From a virus: 64,000 bases of DNA. The stretch covers positions 1-64,000 of IMG/VR virus record IMGVR_UViG_3300042397_001782; one strand, given 5' to 3'. The translations under genes were made by a program, and so were the position numbers. The notes under the pieces are model-generated. The model saw only the letters and a program-made list of their open reading frames with translations, had not been told where the DNA came from and did no database searches. Below are positions 57,887 through 64,000 of the stretch, piece after piece; position 1 is the first letter of the stretch; the number at the start of each line of letters is the position of its first letter.

Positions 57887-57918
57887 AGGGCAAAGATATA
57901 GTTTTTTAATCTTTGCCC
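57887..57918 (-). promoter_or_regulatory. Inverted repeat containing a TATCTTTG promoter element
   Basis: gggcaaagat...atctttgccc. Confidence 0.5.
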
Positions 57919-57936
57919 CTGTTAATAGTTGTTAAT

Positions 57937-58608
57937 TTAAGACTTTTTAGCTATGGTATAAACATCAAAAGTTTTTCCCGATGCTATTGTTTTGAACTCA
58001 TAGCCTAATTTTTCAAATATTCTAGGATAGCACGAAACGCCAACGCCTCCCTCAATACTCGGAGTTATTCCGTAGCCACTACCATAGCCGAAAATATCCC
58101 TATTTTCTTTGTCTAAATTATCATTCTTTATTGAATATAGGGGCTTTAATACCTCATTAATTTGATTCAGACAATTAGCCACAGACGTACTTTGTTTATC
58201 GTACCCGCACCCGCTTACACTACCCGAAAATACTTTGTTTGTTCTCGTATTGCCTTCTATATCTTTGTAGCTATAAACACACTCAGCCGATGGGTTCATT
58301 CCCCACGTTTTAGATTTTTTCCACTCTATCAATATTTGAGCCTCGATAAATTCCCCCGCCTTGCCAATGGTTAAGACTTGATTAACTTGTCTCTCTATGC
58401 TCTTAAATACTTGCTTTTCTTTACGCTTGATTAAATAGGCTTTAGCCTCCTCTAGCGTTGATTCTTTTAGGCTTTTTCCCTTTGGGAGTAGATTATTATA
58501 GTACCAAATGTCAAGGTCTTGCACCTCGTTAATTTTTTCTAGGTCTGTGATAAAATCGGTTAACCTTGTTTTTTCTTTTGCCTCTATGGCTTTTATTATA
58601 TTTCTCAT
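57937..58608 (-). CDS. Hypothetical early phage protein
   Basis: WKKS..WG.NP...SGCGYDK.S..VA..LN...EGGVGV.C. Confidence 0.7.
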   Translation of the reverse strand: MRNIIKAIEAKEKTRLTDFITDLEKINEVQDLDIWYYNNLLPKGKSLKESTLEEAKAYLIKRKEKQVFKSIERQVNQVLTIGKAGEFIEAQILIEWKKSKTWGMNPSAECVYSYKDIEGNTRTNKVFSGSVSGCGYDKQSTSVANCLNQINEVLKPLYSIKNDNLDKENRDIFGYGSGYGITPSIEGGVGVSCYPRIFEKLGYEFKTIASGKTFDVYTIAKKS

Positions 58609-58669
58609 TCTATCCCGTTTATTTATTCAGTTTTGACGGGTTACTGGGTTTTTAATTTAAAGATATTAA

Positions 58670-58834
58670 TTATTTATTATTTTGTTTTATTCCTGTTATA
58701 CACTCTATATAGTTTTTTGTTGGCTTACCCTTACAAGCCTCCATAGCGTTTCTATATTCTATTTGTTTAAATAGATACATCATCGAACATAACGCTAAAA
58801 AGAATAGTATTGTTTTTATTATGTCTTTTTTCAT
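58670..58834 (-). CDS. Small TM protein, first gene of the leftward arm
   Basis: MKKDIIKTILFFLALCSMMYLF; start placed downstream of the promoter. Confidence 0.5.
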   Translation of the reverse strand: MKKDIIKTILFFLALCSMMYLFKQIEYRNAMEACKGKPTKNYIECITGIKQNNK

Positions 58835-58868
58835 ATTGATTATATTTATTTGGTTATGAATTATAGTG

Positions 58869-58898
58869 CAAAGATAGTACATATACAGAACTTGTCAA
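58869..58898 (-). promoter_or_regulatory. Leftward (early) promoter
   Basis: TTGACA...TATCTTTGCA on the - strand. Confidence 0.7.
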
Positions 58899-58899
58899 G

Positions 58900-60056
58900 C
58901 CCCCTAGACGTTAAAGATTGTAAAAAGATATTAATAAATGTAAACTAAAAGATCGCCCCTTTCTTAACACAATTTAACGAAACCACGCATATAACATTCT
59001 AAACTAAATACCCCCAATTATCTTGTTAAACTTTGTTAATGTTTCAGAGATCTATAATAGTATTTTGCTATATCTAAGCTACTAGGATATTGATATGTAA
59101 ATAGGCTTTAATGGGTGGATAGGGGCGAGAGTGGGTATAATAGGTCACTTACCCTTACCCACCAGAAAATAATCGCTTAGAACGCCTCTAATGAGATAAT
59201 GTATAAATATATTCGGACAAATTTGTCTTTTTTTCCTACTGCTAGTTGCACTCCTCCCGTTTTCCCGCCCCTACTTTGCCCCTCCTCTGTACTTTGCACC
59301 CTGTCCGCCCTACTTTGTCCCGCCCTCAATATCCCGCCCCTGTATTGTGCGGGGATATGTAGCCACCCCACCCTATATATATTATTCTATTAGAACTCCC
59401 CTCCCCCCTCCGCCCTATGTATATACCCCGCCCTATATATACCCGCCTATGGATATTCTGTATACTAGTAGATAGACAGACAGACAGACTAGACAGACAG
59501 AGAAACCCTAGAGACTATAGACTAGAGACTAGTCCACCACCACCCGCCCCCAGTCCACAGACTAGGCACAACGCCCACGCCCTAGAGATATTCCCCAAAA
59601 CTATTTCTCGCTAATGGAAAACCGAGTTTTTGGAATTTATGGGAGGGTATTTGAAAATTGGGTCATGCATACGGGCTATGTTATTGATACACCCCACTTT
59701 TCATTCTCACATAACATACGGGGGGATAGTTTTTTTGTTCTACTGGGGGGGATATGATTTTGGGTAGGGCTAAAAAAATTTTAGGGGGGTGGGGGGTGTA
59801 TAAAAAATAAAAAATTAGGGGGAGATTTTCGGGGGTTTGGTTATAGGTAAAACTTGCATATAAATAATTAAAGAAGCGTTAAAAAAAGTACCTAGGAAAA
59901 TCAAGGGTTCCGAGAGGGTGAAAGTACATTTTTGTACTTTTCGTGTACATTTTTGTACTTTTGACCCGCTGAAACCCGCATTTCTTCGTTGAGGGGTTTT
60001 TGGAAAAGGGTGTGATAAATGTGTAAAATAAATTCTTTCTAATAGAAAAATAATTC
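58900..60056. other. Non-coding divergent region with C-rich to G-rich skew switch; candidate genome end or origin
   Basis: CCGCCC and TACTTTG repeats, AGAC tract at about 59472-59530, G-runs at 59719-59836. Confidence 0.55.
59924..59962 (+). repeat. 18 bp direct repeat, two copies, 21 bp period (iteron/operator-like)
   Basis: gtacatttttgtactttt at 59924 and 59945. Confidence 0.8.
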
Positions 60057-60078
60057 TTGCTATTTGTATAAAAGTTTG

Positions 60079-60086
60079 TATCTTTG
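60079..60086 (+). promoter_or_regulatory. Rightward Bacteroidota promoter
   Basis: TATCTTTG(CA) with TTG about 20 bp upstream. Confidence 0.7.
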
Positions 60087-60102
60087 CAGAAATATTAAAA
60101 AT

Positions 60103-60531
60103 ATGAAAAAATTAGAAATAGGAACTAGAGTATTTGATATTAGATGGGGGTGGGGAGAAGTTGTAGAATATAGGGAAGATTTTAATGAAATTTCCTATCC
60201 TATTATTGTTAGGTTTGATGGAAAGGGAATAAGTACATACACTCTAAGTGGGGTACATAGTATGGGGGATTCATCTCCTCTATTATCTCTTACAGAATAT
60301 TCTTTAGAGAACGGGGGCTTCACTGATATAAGTGAGTGGGGTAAGCCTAAGGTGGGGGATTTGGGGTATTTCTGGAATTATGAGACTAAATCTTTTGTAT
60401 TCTATTCTAAGCTAATAGGTATTGATAGTTCTTCCACATACAAATATACTATGGCAGATAGTACTGATTGGACATATTTTAGCAAAGAAGTTCCAGAATG
60501 GTTTTTAGATAAAATAAATAAACAAATATAA
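60103..60531 (+). CDS. Hypothetical phage protein with SH3-like N-terminus
   Basis: GTRVFDIRWGWGEV...YPIIVRF; start moved to the ATG after the promoter. Confidence 0.65.
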   Translation: MKKLEIGTRVFDIRWGWGEVVEYREDFNEISYPIIVRFDGKGISTYTLSGVHSMGDSSPLLSLTEYSLENGGFTDISEWGKPKVGDLGYFWNYETKSFVFYSKLIGIDSSSTYKYTMADSTDWTYFSKEVPEWFLDKINKQI

Positions 60532-60600
60532 AACAATTAGTTATGACGGTTGATATAGTGGAAATAGATGTATTAGGAGGATAGAAAATAAATATATTGT

Positions 60601-61122
60601 ATGTACGAGAAGGTAATTAAATTAAAACATAACGAAAGGGCTGCTAAGATAGACTTAGACACTGGAGAAGTGGCAGAAGTGGCAGTGCATAATAGGGAAA
60701 AAAAGCAGCCAAAGGACCCTTCTATGAATTTCTTTATCAGTACTGAGAGTTATTCTAGATTTTTTACAAAGGCTTGGCAATTATTAGAGACTCAAACCAC
60801 TGATACAGAGTTTAAAGTGGCTTATAAGATGTCTATGATGGCTCATGCCTATACAAATAGTTTAGAACCATTAAGACCAGAGAGTACAATGAAGGAATTA
60901 TCGGAGTTTTTCAATGTTGATAGGAGAAAAATACAGAATATAATTGAAAAATTATTTAAATTAGGGGTGATAGGAAAGTTTCAGGTGTATGATAGGTTTG
61001 AAAATCATCATAACTACTGGGTATTCAACCCTTATTTGTCTTTTAATGGAAAAATAATTAAAAAAGACGTACAAAGTTTATTTAATAACACGCACTATGC
61101 GGCACTATCCCCTATTTTATAA
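60601..61122 (+). CDS. RepL-like wHTH DNA-binding/replication protein
   Basis: IDLDTGEV...KELSEFFNVDRRKI..II.KL.KLGVI...VFNPYLSFNG. Confidence 0.6.
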   Translation: MYEKVIKLKHNERAAKIDLDTGEVAEVAVHNREKKQPKDPSMNFFISTESYSRFFTKAWQLLETQTTDTEFKVAYKMSMMAHAYTNSLEPLRPESTMKELSEFFNVDRRKIQNIIEKLFKLGVIGKFQVYDRFENHHNYWVFNPYLSFNGKIIKKDVQSLFNNTHYAALSPIL

Positions 61123-61138
61123 ATAAATTAACATAACA

Positions 61139-61462
61139 ATGAGTGTAAGAGTTATCTGTATTGACGAAAAGAATAAGCCAAAGGAAATCCCAGCAAGTAA
61201 ATGGGTGAAAGAACAAGAACTCTATCATATTCTAATGATATTCTATTCCATTCCCTCTAAAACAATGGCATACACTTTGGAAGAAATAGATCTTGACGAA
61301 TCCTGTGCTCCTTATGGAGTATTTGATGCTAAAAGATTTGCCATACATCAGGATGATTTAGAGGAATTTATAGAACTTGCTAAAAATTGCACAGAGTTAA
61401 ATGATATTGAGATAAAGGAATTAATTGAACAAGAAGAATTTGAAATAATAGAAAATGAATAA
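61139..61462 (+). CDS. Hypothetical phage protein
   Basis: VICID.KNKP.EIP..KW...Y...FDA.RF. Confidence 0.65.
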   Translation: MSVRVICIDEKNKPKEIPASKWVKEQELYHILMIFYSIPSKTMAYTLEEIDLDESCAPYGVFDAKRFAIHQDDLEEFIELAKNCTELNDIEIKELIEQEEFEIIENE

Positions 61463-61634
61463 CATAGCATATTGTATAGGGGGTATTCTCATTATATTGA
61501 AGGCATTAGGATATATACAAGATTTGTCTTGGTGGTGGTGTACGTTTCCTTTTTGGATAGAAATAGTTTCTATAATTGTTGTTGTGGGAGTTATTAATGT
61601 AATGGGAATATTAAAAGAATTTTTTAATTCATAA
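61455..61634 (+). CDS. Small membrane protein (not in ORF track)
   Basis: ILKALGYI.DLSWWW...PFWI, 59 aa. Confidence 0.6.
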   Translation: MNNIAYCIGGILIILKALGYIQDLSWWWCTFPFWIEIVSIIVVVGVINVMGILKEFFNS

Positions 61635-61638
61635 GGAC

Positions 61639-61866
61639 ATGGAGTTTGAGATAGATTTCAATAGACACAATAATGATAGATTTCTAATTGATAGATTAGG
61701 TGCTTGGGTGGATAGATATGATGATTTTGACGCTATTAAGATAGAAATAAAAGACTTAGAGGAATTAGAAATGCTTTTAGCAAAAGTAAATCACTGTTTA
61801 GGAGGGGAGTATTCTGCAATAGTTTCTTTCGATCCTCCCGCTATATTCTTAGATGACAAAGTTTAA
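61639..61866 (+). CDS. Hypothetical protein
   Basis: 75 aa. Confidence 0.55.
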   Translation: MEFEIDFNRHNNDRFLIDRLGAWVDRYDDFDAIKIEIKDLEELEMLLAKVNHCLGGEYSAIVSFDPPAIFLDDKV

Positions 61867-61890
61867 TCATTAAAATTAAAATATAAAAAA

Positions 61891-62079
61891 ATGGCAGAAA
61901 TAATTATTACAGACTTACAAGGAAATAAACAAACTATATCTTTTCCTGAAAAATTTAATATAGAGGTGGGGGAGTATAAAACCACAGATGTCATCTCTAG
62001 GGAAACTTTTATTAGGAAGATTCAAGATTTAGTGTCTTTTTCTAACTTTTTAAATGAAAAAACTGTTTTTAAGGAGTGA
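61891..62079 (+). CDS. Hypothetical protein
   Basis: 62 aa. Confidence 0.55.
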   Translation: MAEIIITDLQGNKQTISFPEKFNIEVGEYKTTDVISRETFIRKIQDLVSFSNFLNEKTVFKE

Positions 62080-62126
62080 TGGAACTTTTTTAAAATAATA
62101 ATTGTTAAATAAAAAACACATACAAA

Positions 62127-62543
62127 ATGGGAGTATATAAACAAAGTATAAAAAAAGGCAAGAAAGAGTGCTTTATAGAAAGGGCTAGAGTATTACTAGC
62201 CACTAGAGGGCTATTACTTTCTGACAAGACCCTAGAGGTTTTATATTGGGTATTGTATTATAAAATAGACTACCCTGCATTAGATGCTAATAATGTGGGA
62301 AAATTTAAGAATATGAATCAAATGCATGTAGTGATTGCAAAGCACATGCAAGTATTTTCTTCTTATATTGGGGCTTATATAAATGATAGAATCATTCCTT
62401 TTAAGATTTTAAAGAAGACAGTTTCAATACCAGCAGATAGATTCTCTAAACCTAGGGTATTGGATTATGAAATACCTCAATGGCTAGAAAAAATGTACAA
62501 AGATAAAGAATTTAAATTAGATATAAATTTTATATATGAATAA
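62127..62543 (+). CDS. Hypothetical wHTH-like protein
   Basis: 138 aa. Confidence 0.55.
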   Translation: MGVYKQSIKKGKKECFIERARVLLATRGLLLSDKTLEVLYWVLYYKIDYPALDANNVGKFKNMNQMHVVIAKHMQVFSSYIGAYINDRIIPFKILKKTVSIPADRFSKPRVLDYEIPQWLEKMYKDKEFKLDINFIYE

Positions 62544-62727
62544 GAGCATTGTACAGATAATAAAAGAAATGAACTCTCCATATAGAAAGCTTATGATAAT
62601 GGATAATGCCACCTATGACATGCTTAAAAGAGAGCTAGGTATGGAATACTATGAGGAGCTAGTAAAATATAAAAACCTCACAATAGCTATAAGCTTAGAC
62701 GATAACTTAAAATTAATGTTAGTATGA
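62536..62727 (+). CDS. Hypothetical protein
   Basis: 63 aa, overlaps both neighbours. Confidence 0.55.
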   Translation: MNKSIVQIIKEMNSPYRKLMIMDNATYDMLKRELGMEYYEELVKYKNLTIAISLDDNLKLMLV

Positions 62728-62918
62728 TGGTGATATTGGCTGTAAAATTACTTTTAATCTTAACTTTTCTGCTCACCATGGCAGCTTTAAATATATTTTT
62801 TAAGGTAGAAGAAGACTGTGATTTTAATATAATGATTAAAAGAATAGCCAGAGACTTTTTAATTATATTGGTGCTATTTTGTTTCATATCCACCTTAGTG
62901 ATTGCAAATGTCCAATAG
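62724..62918 (+). CDS. Small two-TM protein
   Basis: Two hydrophobic helices. Confidence 0.5.
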   Translation: MMVILAVKLLLILTFLLTMAALNIFFKVEEDCDFNIMIKRIARDFLIILVLFCFISTLVIANVQ

Positions 62919-63189
62919 TATATTTGAGGAAGTTTCTAGTAATCTTGGGGATGTTTCCCCCGAAATGGTGGAAATCATTTATAAGGATTATGTAAAAACG
63001 CTTTCAAAGGAAATGTCAAAGTCTCCAGATAGGGAGATGTATTTGCCTAAGTTTGGTAAAATAGCTCCAAGCATTATAAAGATAAAGAAAAGGCTTAGGA
63101 TGTTCTTTAAGTTGAGGCATGTAGAAAAAACACAAAAAATGATAAATACAATTAGATCATTAAGAAATAATAAAAATAAAAGAAAATAA
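62908..63189 (+). CDS. HU/IHF-like basic DNA-binding protein
   Basis: Helix-helix then MYLPKFGKI; basic tail. Confidence 0.45.
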   Translation: MSNSIFEEVSSNLGDVSPEMVEIIYKDYVKTLSKEMSKSPDREMYLPKFGKIAPSIIKIKKRLRMFFKLRHVEKTQKMINTIRSLRNNKNKRK

Positions 63190-63201
63190 AAATTATTTTC
63201 G

Positions 63202-63209
63202 TATATTTG
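63202..63209 (+). promoter_or_regulatory. Bacteroidota -7 promoter element
   Basis: TATATTTG(TA). Confidence 0.55.
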
Positions 63210-63243
63210 TAAAAATTTTAAAACACACAAAACAATCAAAATT

Positions 63244-63672
63244 ATGACAATTAAAGAATTCAAAGAACAACCAATTCCAGATTTTGGATTTGAAATCAAA
63301 AGAGAAAATCACATTTTAGTACAATGTTACGCTAAAAAAAGTGCATTGGCTTCTCAGCTAGTGGGTATGGACAACCGTAAAACCACTGAAATTAAAAATG
63401 CTTTTAAAGTATTGATGGCTAATGGTTCTAAAACCTTTAAAGAAGGAGATATTATTTCTCTTGGAGATAATATGGTGGATAAACCAATTGTAAGCTATAA
63501 GCCACCTGTAGGAGGAGATCCTGAGGGAGAAGCTAGACCAGTATTCGGCTCCTATCTACAAGGACTAATGCCATTTGCATTCTTCTGTAATAAGTTAGAA
63601 GACGCAGACGATGCTTTAGAGCTTACATTTTTAATACCAGAGGATCTTGTCACCGTAAAACATAATATATAA
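63244..63672 (+). CDS. Hypothetical protein, possibly GroES-like
   Basis: NHILV...KVL...FKEGDII. Confidence 0.4.
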   Translation: MTIKEFKEQPIPDFGFEIKRENHILVQCYAKKSALASQLVGMDNRKTTEIKNAFKVLMANGSKTFKEGDIISLGDNMVDKPIVSYKPPVGGDPEGEARPVFGSYLQGLMPFAFFCNKLEDADDALELTFLIPEDLVTVKHNI

Positions 63673-63673
63673 A

Positions 63674-63928
63674 ATGGAAAAAAATATCAATAAGAAAAAA
63701 ACACCCGCTTCTCCTAAGAAGAAATCGTCTAGAGTGACTAAAAAAGAAGAGACCTCTTTGTTAGAGAGCAATAAGATAGAGGATAGTATTATAAATGAAA
63801 CTCCAATTGTTTATAATACCCCAAAATGCACTGTTCCTTCTTCAGATATTCTTGGAATAAAGTCATTTACGGAGTCTTTACGATACAAAATTGTAAATTT
63901 TATAAAACTATTACTAACCTATAAATAA
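63674..63928 (+). CDS. Hypothetical protein
   Basis: 84 aa. Confidence 0.5.
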   Translation: MEKNINKKKTPASPKKKSSRVTKKEETSLLESNKIEDSIINETPIVYNTPKCTVPSSDILGIKSFTESLRYKIVNFIKLLLTYK

Positions 63929-63933
63929 AAAAA

Positions 63934-64000
63934 ATGAAACCAATGATGATGATGAACAACAAAAAGAAAATTCTTTCATTAACAAAAGAGACTAATTCAG
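63934..64000 (+). CDS. Hypothetical protein (3' partial)
   Basis: ATG with an open frame to the window end. Confidence 0.4.
   Translation, partial: MKPMMMMNNKKKILSLTKETNS

Noticed and set aside
59177-59614. Three 64-65 aa ORFs in the skewed region
   Set aside because: Low-complexity translations of the repeats, with composition unlike the real genes
1-64000. tRNA or rRNA genes; terminase, portal, capsid; integrase
   Set aside because: None recognised by eye; structural genes probably lie outside the window, and tRNAscan-SE would be needed to exclude tRNAs

Overview
A 64 kb, AT-rich segment of a tailed dsDNA phage, most likely infecting a Bacteroidota (Flavobacteriia-like) host and resembling crAss-like phages in gene content. 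This is inferred from the replication gene set, giant virion-type proteins, a T9SS cargo gene and many TAnnTTTG promoters. Layout: (1) 1-24113, + strand, cargo and giant polyvalent proteins; (2) 24192-58834, - strand, RNR, a secreted-protein operon, replication genes, a methyltransferase cassette array and many small early genes; (3) a ~1.2 kb skewed non-coding region; (4) 60103-64000, + strand, small genes. Three signals stand out. (a) Four successive giant or polyvalent proteins (5514 aa) hold only six cysteines, all at termini facing a neighbouring chain member, which suggests a head-to-tail disulfide or docking chain. A homing-endonuclease cassette appears to split one domain and supply its own Cys-tipped docking pair. 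(b) An integron-like array of three cassettes with attC-like sites carries two cytosine methyltransferases, with no integrase in view. (c) A cohesin/dockerin/T9SS/CsgG/lectin surface operon is phage-encoded. All product calls come from motifs read by eye; no database search was run.
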